64,000 nt of DNA from assembly GCA_031425655.1 (NCBI GenBank), contig JANPJS010000143.1:1-64000 (forward strand), read 5' to 3'. The position numbers were made by a program, and so were the translations under genes. This stretch comes from Abditibacteriaceae bacterium. Its GTDB lineage: Bacteria > Armatimonadota > Abditibacteriia > Abditibacteriales > Abditibacteriaceae. Each line of letters begins with the position of its first letter. Position 1 is the stretch's first letter. Below the pieces are notes generated by a model, which was not told the DNA's origin, did not search any database, and worked only from the letters and a program-made list of their open reading frames with translations. Shown one piece after another: positions 45,378 through 54,573 of this stretch.

Positions 45378-47276
45378 ATGTGTGGAATTGTTGGATATAT
45401 CGGAGATCAACCGGCCACGCCAGTTTTGATGGTGGGCCTGACCAAGCTGGAATATCGCGGCTACGATTCGGCGGGTGTGGCGGTTATCAACGGACACGGC
45501 GTTGAATTGCGCCGCACCGTCGGCAAATTGAAGGCGCTCGAAGATTCGCTGCACGAAACGCCGATTGACGGCCATATCGGCATCGCGCACACGCGTTGGG
45601 CCACGCACGGCGTGCCCAACGAAACCAATTCGCACCCGCACCGCGACGCGACGGACACGGTTTTCGTGTGCCACAACGGCATCATTGAAAACTACGCCGA
45701 AGTGCGCCGCGAAATGGAAGCGCAAGGCGTGGTTTTTCGCTCGCAAACCGATACCGAAGTGCTGCCGAATCTCATCAAGCGCGCTTACGACGGCTGCGGT
45801 AATTTGCCGGATGCCGAACGCTTGCCCGCCGCTGTCCGCAAAGCTCTGGCGAAAGTGCGCGGCGCTTACGCCATCGCGGTGATGCACAAAGACGTGCCCG
45901 AAATGTTAGTCGCTGCCAAGCAAGCTTCGCCGCTTGTCATCGGCTTGGGACAGGGCGAAAATTTTTGCGCTTCAGACGTGCCGGCGATTCTGCATAAAAC
46001 GCGGCGCGTGATTTTTTTAGACGACGGCGAAATGGCGATTCTGCGCGCCGACGCTGTGCAAGTCTGCGATATTGACGACGGAAAAATGCGTCACAAAGCC
46101 GTCGCGCACATCGAATGGTCGCCCGAACAAGCCGCCAAAGGCGATTGGCCGCACTTCATGCTCAAGGAAATCCACGAGCAGCCGAACGTAATTAAGCACC
46201 TCATTGACCGCTATTCCAACACCGAACGGACTGAAGTTGTGCTTCCCGAAATCGGCCTGAGCGACGAAGAACTGCGCGGCGTCAAGCGCATTTTTATTCA
46301 AGCCTGCGGCACCAGTTGGCACTCCGGTTTAATTGGAAAGTTGCTGCTGGAGCGTTTGGGCATGGTTGCCGTAGACGTGGACACCAGCAGCGAATTTCGC
46401 TATCGCAACGTCGCCGAACACGCGCGCGGCGCCATTTTGCACAACGACACGCTGGTTATCGGCATCTCGCAAAGCGGCGAAACCGCTGACACCAAAGCCG
46501 GCCTTGAAGAAGCCAAATCGCGCGGCCTGAAAGTCATTTCGATTGTCAACTCCGTCGGCAGCGCCATTGCGCGCTTGTCCGATGGCGTGATTTATACGCA
46601 CGCCGGGCCGGAAATCTCCGTCGCTTCGACCAAAGCTTTTACCGCGCAAATCGGCGCGCTGTATTTGCTTTCGCTCAAACTCGGACAAGCGCACGGTTTG
46701 GTGGACGCGGATCGTATGAAGCGCCGATTGGAACGCTTGGAACAACTGCCCGCTTTGATGGAGCGGATTTTGGCCGACGACAGCGCGATTCGACAGGTCG
46801 CGCAAGAATTTCATCAATCGGAGCACGCTTTGTTCATCGGGCGCGGCTACGGTTATCCCAGCGCGCTCGAAGGCGCTTTGAAGTTGAAAGAGATTTCGTA
46901 TATCCATGCCGAAGGCTATTCGGCGGGCGAACTGAAACATGGGCCGTTGGCCTTAGTGGACGAAAAAATGCCGGTCGTGGCGATTGCCAACGCGCGGCGA
47001 GGCAGCATTGTTTACGAGAAAATTCTCTCGAATATGCAGGAAGTCAAGGCGCGCAGCGGGAAAATCATCGCTATCGTAGACGAAAATGACGACGAGATTT
47101 TCAATAAGCCCGATTTTAAGCCCGACTACGTCATTCGCGTCCCTGAAGTGACCGAAAGCCTGTCGCCTTTCATCACCGCGATTCCCTTGCAATTGCTCGC
47201 TTATCACATCGCGGTTTTGCGCGGTTACGACGTTGACCAGCCACGCAACTTAGCTAAAAGCGTCACGGTGGAGTAA
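45378..47276 (+). CDS. glmS: Glutamine--fructose-6-phosphate aminotransferase
   Basis: Motifs MCGIVG, LEYRGYDSAG, HTRWATHG, SQSGETADT, EGALKLKE and PRNLAKSVTVE. Confidence 0.98.
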   Translation: MCGIVGYIGDQPATPVLMVGLTKLEYRGYDSAGVAVINGHGVELRRTVGKLKALEDSLHETPIDGHIGIAHTRWATHGVPNETNSHPHRDATDTVFVCHNGIIENYAEVRREMEAQGVVFRSQTDTEVLPNLIKRAYDGCGNLPDAERLPAAVRKALAKVRGAYAIAVMHKDVPEMLVAAKQASPLVIGLGQGENFCASDVPAILHKTRRVIFLDDGEMAILRADAVQVCDIDDGKMRHKAVAHIEWSPEQAAKGDWPHFMLKEIHEQPNVIKHLIDRYSNTERTEVVLPEIGLSDEELRGVKRIFIQACGTSWHSGLIGKLLLERLGMVAVDVDTSSEFRYRNVAEHARGAILHNDTLVIGISQSGETADTKAGLEEAKSRGLKVISIVNSVGSAIARLSDGVIYTHAGPEISVASTKAFTAQIGALYLLSLKLGQAHGLVDADRMKRRLERLEQLPALMERILADDSAIRQVAQEFHQSEHALFIGRGYGYPSALEGALKLKEISYIHAEGYSAGELKHGPLALVDEKMPVVAIANARRGSIVYEKILSNMQEVKARSGKIIAIVDENDDEIFNKPDFKPDYVIRVPEVTESLSPFITAIPLQLLAYHIAVLRGYDVDQPRNLAKSVTVE

Positions 47277-47291
47277 GGAAACTCGAAATTC

Positions 47292-47327
47292 AAAAAGCCA
47301 CAGTCCAATTTGGTCTGTGGCTTTTTT
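47292..47327 (+). terminator. glmS terminator
   Basis: AAAAAGCCACAG...CTGTGGCTTTTTT. Confidence 0.75.
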
Positions 47328-47348
47328 GTTTTAGACTGCGAGGCATTT

Positions 47349-49082
47349 ATGGCGCAGAATTACCAAGAATTAAAAAAGGCGTTGCACTTTGATTTGCTGG
47401 ACGAAGTGGCTCGTTTAAAAGAAGGGCTTTTATTGCCTGATGAAGCGGAAGATTTGATTGCGCGGCTGGCATCTGCCATTCAAGAATTTCCTTGTCCTCC
47501 TTTAACTACAGTTTTTGTCGAAGCCGTGCGCGCTGTGCCGAATTTGCGTCCTCGACCGGATACCGTTCTAAAGTTAGCGCCTTTGCCGCAGCGTGTTGGA
47601 TTGAGTAGCGACATGGTGAGGGCGGAAGCGTTACGGCTGTTAAGCAATGTTGCTCCTGAAAATTTCGAAGCGCGGCGGATTTGCCAAGAAAACCTAAGCC
47701 ATTATGACCAAGCGATATATGGTTTTGCCGCGTTGGGATTGGCTCGCAGCGGAGATTTACGAGAAGAAGTCTGGATAAAACTTAGCGCATCGAGATGGAC
47801 ACCGGACTTTATTCGTGCTGCAACGCGCGAGTTTGTGCAAAGCGCGTCGCCCGCCGCTGTAGAACTCATGTTCGATTGGCTGTCAGGAAAGGCAACCGAC
47901 TGGGAAAACGATGAAAAATACGAGTTGCCTTATGTAGCTGCTGATTTGTTGTTGGAGATGGGGAAAGAAAAGGAAGTTGTTGAGTTTTTACTTCCGCGAT
48001 TAAGGGCGGAAAACGATTTCCCCGGCAGTTATTGGAGCCAGTTAGCCAGAGAAAAATTATTGAATACCTCTCTCGGCGCGCCTCAAGCCGTAGAAGCGTT
48101 TATTCCTATCGTCAGTAGTTACTGTAGCTCAGCAATGATATTACATGAAGCAGGAAAAGCCGATGAAAGGGTTATTCAAATATTGCTGTCATGGCTCCAA
48201 GACGAAAACCGCGAAGCGCTTTGGCACGCTACGGATGCGCTAATGATGATGGGGCGCAACGACCCGGAAATTGCTGACGCCTTGCGGCGAATGATTGATG
48301 TTCGACTAAATAGAGACAACAAACTTCATCGCGCTTATGCTGTTCAATCGCTCATAAAATTGGGCCAAGTAGATGACCAACTCGTCGAAGTCATCATTTC
48401 CATGTTGCCAGAATCAATTGCGGGGTGGGGTTGTAGCAACTTCGATCTCCTCCACCTCGATCTCGGTTCCCTTCGTGGTTTGCATGATGCTGATGAGCGA
48501 ATTGTCCACGCCCTACTGCCTTATTTAAGTGGAGAATATGATAATGACCAAGTTTACGTGTCTTATGAAGTTGCCCGGTTATTACTTGACATCGGCAAAG
48601 CGGAAAATGAAGCTATTACCGCCTTAACCAAATTGTTAGAACACGAGGACATCGCTTTTAATGTAGCCGCCTTGTTAGTCAAAAAAGGGCAAGCCACTGA
48701 GATTGTCGAAGCAAAATTAAGGTTGTGGCTGAATAACGAGCATAGTCAAGACCGGTTTGAATCTGCCCAATCATTGCACCAAATGGGCAAAATGGATGAA
48801 TCGGTTTTAAAGTGCCTGTTAAGCTTCATGGGAGCCAGTGCCGAGCAAATATTTCCTGTATTTTCAAAAATTATGCAGGAACAACCACTTTCAGCTAATG
48901 AAATTCTTTCCCTGCGGAACTCATTGCAAGATACCGAAACTCCCGACCAGTATTCCGCTTTCCAAGCGCGAGAATTGATTTTTGAGTGGCTTTTCAAGAC
49001 GTTAGAGTCTCAAGATATGGAATCGCGCGGCTACAACGTTCATCAGCCGCGCAATTTAGCCAAAAGCGTCACGGTGGAGTAA
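47349..49082 (+). CDS. AT-rich HEAT/ARM-like repeat protein ending in a copy of the GlmS C-terminus
   Basis: Repeated A..LL.MG..DE.VI..L..WL helices. The last 18 aa are RGYNVHQPRNLAKSVTVE. Confidence 0.75.
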   Translation: MAQNYQELKKALHFDLLDEVARLKEGLLLPDEAEDLIARLASAIQEFPCPPLTTVFVEAVRAVPNLRPRPDTVLKLAPLPQRVGLSSDMVRAEALRLLSNVAPENFEARRICQENLSHYDQAIYGFAALGLARSGDLREEVWIKLSASRWTPDFIRAATREFVQSASPAAVELMFDWLSGKATDWENDEKYELPYVAADLLLEMGKEKEVVEFLLPRLRAENDFPGSYWSQLAREKLLNTSLGAPQAVEAFIPIVSSYCSSAMILHEAGKADERVIQILLSWLQDENREALWHATDALMMMGRNDPEIADALRRMIDVRLNRDNKLHRAYAVQSLIKLGQVDDQLVEVIISMLPESIAGWGCSNFDLLHLDLGSLRGLHDADERIVHALLPYLSGEYDNDQVYVSYEVARLLLDIGKAENEAITALTKLLEHEDIAFNVAALLVKKGQATEIVEAKLRLWLNNEHSQDRFESAQSLHQMGKMDESVLKCLLSFMGASAEQIFPVFSKIMQEQPLSANEILSLRNSLQDTETPDQYSAFQARELIFEWLFKTLESQDMESRGYNVHQPRNLAKSVTVE

Positions 49083-49109
49083 GGAAACATCTGTTAACGT
49101 TACGCTCGC

Positions 49110-49144
49110 AAAAAGCCTTCGCCCGAAACGGCGAAGGCTTTTTT
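49110..49144 (+). terminator. Intrinsic terminator
   Basis: AAAAAGCCTTCGCC-CGAAAC-GGCGAAGGCTTTTTT. Confidence 0.8.
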
Positions 49145-49245
49145 GTGCCCGAAAATAGCGAATGTCATTTATTGAGAACAAAATCGCTTAATGGTCGTTT
49201 AAACGGACAATTAGCCGCCAAAAGCGCGGTTAAAGGAGAACGATC

Positions 49246-49761
49246 ATGTTGAAACAGAAAAATCGCTGGATTGCACTGGGAACTTTGGGAACTGTCGTCG
49301 CCGGCACTTTGCTGGGCGGAGCAACCGCTGCCCAAGCCAAATCGAGCACCTGGAAAAAAGTCGCCATCGGCGCCGGCATCGTGACCGGCTACGGCCTGAT
49401 CAAGAAGAAAAAGAATCTGGCCATTGGCGGCGGCGTAGTGACGGCGCTGTCTTATCTGAAGTATCGCAGCGACAAAAAGAAGGAAACCAGAGCGCGTCAA
49501 GCTGCGATTTATCGCCAGTCGCGCTACAGCGACGTTGGCGCGTATCGCTACAATAACAACGGTTATCGCAGCAGCAACTATCGCAGCACCGGCTATCGCA
49601 ATAGCGGCTACAATAGCTCCAATGGCTATCGCAACGCGGCTTACTCTGGCCGCAGCAACGGATTCAACGGACAGCGTCGCGGCTGGTCGAAAAGCAAGCG
49701 CAAAGGCGCCGCGAAAAAGCGTTATTCGCGCACGCATCGCAACTGCAAGTGCCGCCGCTAA
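49246..49761 (+). CDS. Basic secreted or membrane protein with GYRN-like low-complexity repeats
   Basis: RBS AAGGAG, signal peptide, glycine-zipper-like helices, and an N/Y/R/S-rich tail. Confidence 0.7.
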   Translation: MLKQKNRWIALGTLGTVVAGTLLGGATAAQAKSSTWKKVAIGAGIVTGYGLIKKKKNLAIGGGVVTALSYLKYRSDKKKETRARQAAIYRQSRYSDVGAYRYNNNGYRSSNYRSTGYRNSGYNSSNGYRNAAYSGRSNGFNGQRRGWSKSKRKGAAKKRYSRTHRNCKCRR

Positions 49762-49772
49762 GCACTAAATCG

Positions 49773-49810
49773 AAAAAGCGCCGCGTCCCAATCGGGACGC
49801 GGCGCTTTTT
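49773..49810. terminator. Bidirectional terminator
   Basis: AAAAAGCGCCGCGTCCC-AATC-GGGACGCGGCGCTTTTT between convergent genes. Confidence 0.85.
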
Positions 49811-49825
49811 GCTTGCGAGACGCGG

Positions 49826-51394
49826 TTACTCGGCGCCGACGCCGATATAAGTGCGTAACTTCTCTGATTCAAACATCGCTTCGGCTTCGGGTTCGCGCGT
49901 CATCAGCGACACGACGATGCCGACGACGAAAGCCGCCGTCATGGAAAGCAGAGCGGGGTTTTTCATCGGACACGGCGGCGCGCTTTCAAATTTGAAAACG
50001 TCCGTCCATACCGTCGGGCTAAGCACGATGAGAACTACGGCGGTGATAAGGCCGGTAGCCATGCTGGCCACAGCGCCTTTGGTAGTGCAGCGTCGCCACA
50101 CAATCGAAAGCAAAAGCGCCGGAAAGTTGGCGCTGGCTGCCACAGCGAAAGCAAGTCCGACCATGAACGCCACGTTGACATCTTTGAAGAGCAAGCCAAA
50201 CAGCACCGCCAACACGCCCAGTCCGATTGTCGCGCCTCTGGCGACTTTGACTTCATCTTCCGGTTTTGAGCGGCCCTGCCGAAGGACTCCGGCATAAAGA
50301 TCGTGCGAAAGCGCCGAAGCGCCGGCCAGCGTCAAACCGGCTACGACCGCTAAAATCGTGGCGAACGCAACGGCGCACAAGAAACCAAGAAACGGCGCAC
50401 CGCCTAAAATTTCCGCGAGCAACGGCGCGGCCATGTTGTTTCCGAAACCGCCGTCGGTCGGTTTTTTCAGCAAACTGGCGCTGACTAAAGCTGCCGCGCC
50501 GTAGCCGATGGTAAACGTGAGAATGTAAAAATAGCCGATCAATCCGGTGGCCACGAAGACGGATTTACGAGCCTCGCGGGCATCGGGAACGGTATAAAAA
50601 CGCATCAAAATGTGCGGCAGTCCGGCGGTGCCGAACATCAGGCCAATCGAAAGAGAAACGAGGTCAAGAGGCGAAGTGGCGACTTTGCTTGAAAAGCCGG
50701 GTGTGAGCAGACTTTCGCCGTTCGGCAATTGCGCGACGGCCTGAAAAAGATTGCCGTAGCTCCATCCGTAATGCGCCAGAACCATCGCCGCCAAAAGCGT
50801 GGCGCCGCCAATCAGCAGCACGGCTTTGATGATTTGCACCCACGTCGTCGCCAGCATTCCTCCGAACAAAACGTAAGCGATCATCAGTGCGCCGACCGCG
50901 AAAAGCGCCTGATTATAGCTAAAAATCGGAAAAATCAGCTTGACCAGCGTGCCGGCACCGACCATTTGCGCGATGAGATAGAAAATCACGGTCGTAATCG
51001 TGCTGATAGCGGCCATCGTGCGAACCGGGCGCGCCTGCAAACGATAAGCGACCACGTCGGCGAAGGTATATTTCCCTAAGTTACGCAGCGGCTCGGCGAT
51101 GAGAAACATCACAATCGGCCAGCCGACGAGGTAACCGACCGAATAAATCAGGCCGTCGTAGCCGCCCGTCGCCACCAATCCGGCGATGCCGAGAAAACTG
51201 GCGGCGCTCATGTAATCGCCGGCTAAAGCCAGGCCGTTTTGATAGCCGGTGACGCTGCGTCCGGCAGCGTAAAATTCACTGGTGGTTTTGGTCTTGCGCG
51301 CCGCCCAGTAAGTGATGGCTAAGGTAACGACAACAAACGCAAAAAAGAAAGTGATGGCAACGGCGTTGGGCTTGCCAAGAGCGGAAATGGGCAT
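49826..51394 (-). CDS. actP: Cation/acetate symporter (SSS family)
   Basis: Motifs NGLALAGDYMSAASFLG, GGMLATTWVQ, GTAGLPHILMRF and AASANFP; DUF485 partner upstream. Confidence 0.93.
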   Translation of the reverse strand: MPISALGKPNAVAITFFFAFVVVTLAITYWAARKTKTTSEFYAAGRSVTGYQNGLALAGDYMSAASFLGIAGLVATGGYDGLIYSVGYLVGWPIVMFLIAEPLRNLGKYTFADVVAYRLQARPVRTMAAISTITTVIFYLIAQMVGAGTLVKLIFPIFSYNQALFAVGALMIAYVLFGGMLATTWVQIIKAVLLIGGATLLAAMVLAHYGWSYGNLFQAVAQLPNGESLLTPGFSSKVATSPLDLVSLSIGLMFGTAGLPHILMRFYTVPDAREARKSVFVATGLIGYFYILTFTIGYGAAALVSASLLKKPTDGGFGNNMAAPLLAEILGGAPFLGFLCAVAFATILAVVAGLTLAGASALSHDLYAGVLRQGRSKPEDEVKVARGATIGLGVLAVLFGLLFKDVNVAFMVGLAFAVAASANFPALLLSIVWRRCTTKGAVASMATGLITAVVLIVLSPTVWTDVFKFESAPPCPMKNPALLSMTAAFVVGIVVSLMTREPEAEAMFESEKLRTYIGVGAE

Positions 51395-51428
51395 GAAATC
51401 CTTTCGGGTGCGGCCAAACGGAGCCGGA

Positions 51429-51594
51429 ATCAGGACATTTTAATGGGACACGGAGCTTCGCTACGCGGAAACGACACGGATTTTCACGGTTACAAAAGAT
51501 AGAAAATGCGCTTGAGGAATGAACTTCCAAAACCCGTGTCAATCTGGGTCGTTTCCGTGAAGCGAAGCTCCGTGTCCCATTAAAATGTCCTGAT
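51429..51594. repeat. Long inverted-repeat element between the DUF485 gene and actP
   Basis: ATCAGGACATTTTAATGGGACACGGAGCTTCGCT... and its reverse complement. Similar GCGG(G)CCAAAC sequence on both sides. Confidence 0.75.
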
Positions 51595-51612
51595 GCGGGC
51601 CAAACAGAGGTT

Positions 51613-51930
51613 TTACAGCCGTTCTTTGACGCGCGCGACGCGCTGGTCGTATTCGGTGTTGGCCCAGCGCACATAAATGCCGGTCAGCAGCCAACAGATG
51701 ATAATCACGCCGATGCCCAGCGGAATGCCAAGCGTGGCGCCGCCGGCCACTCGGCCCGATAATGCATCCGGCGCGAAGGCCAACGCCAAAATGAAGCCGA
51801 AATAAACGAACATCGTGATAAGGGTCAGCACGAGGGAAATTCCATCTTTGCGCTTGGCCAAAGCCTGAAATTCGGGGTCTTGCAGCATTTCGTGCGCGGT
51901 GTGATGCGGATGATTTTCTTCTGCGCTCAT
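51613..51930 (-). CDS. DUF485 (YjcH-like) membrane protein
   Basis: PEFQAL..R...YFGFI...TGIYVRWAN.EYD. RBS AAGGAG. Confidence 0.9.
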   Translation of the reverse strand: MSAEENHPHHTAHEMLQDPEFQALAKRKDGISLVLTLITMFVYFGFILALAFAPDALSGRVAGGATLGIPLGIGVIIICWLLTGIYVRWANTEYDQRVARVKERL

Positions 51931-52128
51931 TGTGCGCTCCTTGCCTGTGAGTTGCAATCAGGATAGCAAAACGTCACGTCCTTATAAACTCTTGCCGTGC
52001 GAAATTCTGTGCGGAATTGAATTTCTCTCGCAAAGACGCCAAGCCGCAAAACAGACAGAAGAATAGACACAAGATAGTTTTTCTCTTGGCGACTTGGCGT
52101 CTTTGCGAGAGACAAAAAACGAAAAATA

Positions 52129-53565
52129 ATGATAAACGACATTGAATTGCTGCTCGCCCCGATTCGCCGTTTGCACGAGGAAATCCGCGCCGCCGTAGTC
52201 GCAGCGTGCGAAGGCGCTGCCGTCGAAGAAATGTCCGGCATCGCGCAGGAAGCCGAGGGCGACACGATATATGTTGTGGATCGCGTTAGCGAAGAGATTC
52301 TTATCGAGTTTTTCGCGCGCGAAATCGCGCCGCACGCGCCGATTGTTCTCATCGCCGAAGGCTTAGAAGGCGGGCAAATGGTTTTGCCCGCAGGCACGCG
52401 CGAAGCCGACGCCATTTGGCGCATCATCATGGATCCGATTGATGGCACGCGCGGCCTGATGTATCAAAAGCGCAGCGCGTGGATTCTGACGGGCGTGGCG
52501 CGCAATCGCGGCCCCGAAACCAATTTGCAAGACATCGAACTCGCGGTTCAAACCGAAATCCCGCTGGTAAAGCAGCATTTGTGCGACAGCGCGTGGGCGA
52601 TAAAAGGGCAGGGCGCGCTCGCCGAGCGCTTCAATCGCTTGACCGGCGAGCGCACGCCACTGACTTTGCGCCCGTCGCGCGCCGATACGGTCGCGCACGG
52701 GTTTGCGATGATCGCGCGCTTTTTCCCCGGCGCGCGTGAAGAATTAGCGGCCATTGACGAAGAAATCATGCTCCGCGCGCTTGGCCCGGTGCAGCGTGGC
52801 AAGGCGCATTGCTTTGAAGACCAATATATTTCCAGCGGTGGGCAGTTGTGGGAATTAATGAGTGGCCACGACCGCTTCGTGGCCGACCTACGCCCGCTGT
52901 TAGAAAAAACATTGGCCGACCGTGGCCAGTCGCTTGGCATCTGCTGTCATCCCTATGATTTATGCACCGAACTCATCGCACGCGAACTTGGCGTAAAAGT
53001 GACCAGCGACAGTGGAGACCGTTTAAAGGCGCCTCTGAATGTAGAGGCTGAAGTCGCGTGGTGCGGATATGCCAATCCCAGAATCTACTTCCAAATCGAA
53101 CCTTTGCTGCAAACAGCTTTAAAGAAACGTGGCTTGTTCCGGGACGGAGCCAGCGAATTTGGCAATATCAAAATGCTCTGGCGAGGCAAAAAATCGGGTC
53201 TTTCCAATGTAGTGACCACGTTTTTTGTCAGTATCCCTTTCGGCGAATTTCCACAATATGTTGATTTGATGTTGCAACGAAAGGATGTTGGTGCGGGAGA
53301 GGGAGCCGTTCACTGTTGCTTTAAAGAGAATTTTGATCCCTTAGAGGCTGAGATTAGCCCGCAAACCCCGTTCTACTGTGCTTTTCCCGGTGTCAGGATT
53401 GACTTTCAGGTGAGTAGCTCGGATGAGTTTGAGTCATCCGTGATGACTTTTGAAAAATTCGTGAAATTTCTGCTTGTGGCGTGCCAAGCGTTTGTAATTG
53501 AGGCTCCAGAAAGGCGCGCAGAATTGGTGTCTGTATTGGAAAAACACAATCTGAATTTAGAGTGA
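52129..53565 (+). CDS. Inositol-monophosphatase-like protein fused to an AT-rich C-terminal CdiI-like domain
   Basis: DPIDGTRG motif, AEG and HPYD. After about aa 336 the composition shifts to FPGV.IDF...[13 protein letters not shown]...PE, which resembles CDI immunity proteins. Confidence 0.8.
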   Translation: MINDIELLLAPIRRLHEEIRAAVVAACEGAAVEEMSGIAQEAEGDTIYVVDRVSEEILIEFFAREIAPHAPIVLIAEGLEGGQMVLPAGTREADAIWRIIMDPIDGTRGLMYQKRSAWILTGVARNRGPETNLQDIELAVQTEIPLVKQHLCDSAWAIKGQGALAERFNRLTGERTPLTLRPSRADTVAHGFAMIARFFPGAREELAAIDEEIMLRALGPVQRGKAHCFEDQYISSGGQLWELMSGHDRFVADLRPLLEKTLADRGQSLGICCHPYDLCTELIARELGVKVTSDSGDRLKAPLNVEAEVAWCGYANPRIYFQIEPLLQTALKKRGLFRDGASEFGNIKMLWRGKKSGLSNVVTTFFVSIPFGEFPQYVDLMLQRKDVGAGEGAVHCCFKENFDPLEAEISPQTPFYCAFPGVRIDFQVSSSDEFESSVMTFEKFVKFLLVACQAFVIEAPERRAELVSVLEKHNLNLE

Positions 53566-53690
53566 GCCGACATAACGCGCCGCTTAACGTCGAGGCCGAA
53601 GTCGCGTGGTGCGGCTACGCGAATGCCAAAATCCGCGGCCAAATCGAGCCACTTTTACAAAACGCGCTGCGCTCACGAGACTTGCACTGA
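53562..53690 (+). pseudogene. Displaced second C-terminus of the IMPase-like gene
   Basis: Encodes [37 protein letters not shown], duplicating 53029-53136. An in-frame GTG overlaps the upstream stop (GTGA). Confidence 0.85.
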
Positions 53691-53762
53691 CATCAACCGC
53701 CAAGACGCCAAGAACGCCAAGAAATTTGAATTGCTTGGCGTTCTTGGTGTCTTGGCGGTTGA

Positions 53763-54458
53763 TCATTTTTTCTGGCCGTAATAAGCGCCGGAGCCGTGTT
53801 TTCGCAAAAAATGCTTGTCGAGCAACTCGCTTTGCATGGCGGTCGCGGCGGCTTCGATGCGGAGCGTTTCGCTGGCCAAACGGGCCAGATATTCGAGCAC
53901 AACTGCATTCTCGACCGCTTTTTCGACGCTTTTGCCCCACGCGAACGGCGCATGGCTGGCCACCAGCACGCCGGGATAATTCAACGCTTGTAATTCGGTA
54001 AAACGCTCTACGATGACATCGCCGGTGCGCGCTTCGTATTCGCCCCCAATTTCGTCGGGCGTCATCAAGCGCGTGCAGGGAACCGGGCCGTAAAAATAAT
54101 CGGCGTGCGTCGTTCCAAGCGCCGGAATGTCGCGCAGAGCTTGCGCCCATGCCGTCGCGTAAAGGCTATGCGTATGCACCACGCCGCCGATTTCGGGGAA
54201 GGCGCGATACAAAATAACGTGCGTCGGCGTGTCGGAACTGGGTCGCAAATCGCCTTCGACCACTTCGCCGCTTTCCAGCGAAACCACGACCATGTGTTCG
54301 GCCTTCATGTCGTCGTAAGGCACGCCCGACGGCTTAATCACCGCGTTGCCCGTTGCGCGATCCACGCCGCTGACGTTGCCCCACGTCTGGATAACCAAGC
54401 CTTCGTCCACCAATTTCAAATTCGCGTCGCAAACGCGCTGTTTCAGTTCTTCAAGCAT
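53763..54458 (-). CDS. araD: L-ribulose-5-phosphate 4-epimerase
   Basis: Motifs [32 protein letters not shown] and KHG..AYYGQ. Confidence 0.96.
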   Translation of the reverse strand: MLEELKQRVCDANLKLVDEGLVIQTWGNVSGVDRATGNAVIKPSGVPYDDMKAEHMVVVSLESGEVVEGDLRPSSDTPTHVILYRAFPEIGGVVHTHSLYATAWAQALRDIPALGTTHADYFYGPVPCTRLMTPDEIGGEYEARTGDVIVERFTELQALNYPGVLVASHAPFAWGKSVEKAVENAVVLEYLARLASETLRIEAAATAMQSELLDKHFLRKHGSGAYYGQKK

Positions 54459-54573
54459 AATTTCGTTTTTGTCTCTCGCAAAGACGCCAAGAGGTTAAGC
54501 ATTTCCAGAGAGGTTTGGTTGCAAATATCTTTGTTCGCTCCGCGCCTTTTCTTTGCGCCTTTGCGAGAGATAT

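Noticed and set aside
47219..49144. Tn7 insertion at glmS
   Set aside because: No tns genes, TGT...ACA ends or 5-bp TSD are seen. Tn7 inserts downstream of glmS and does not duplicate its 3' end.
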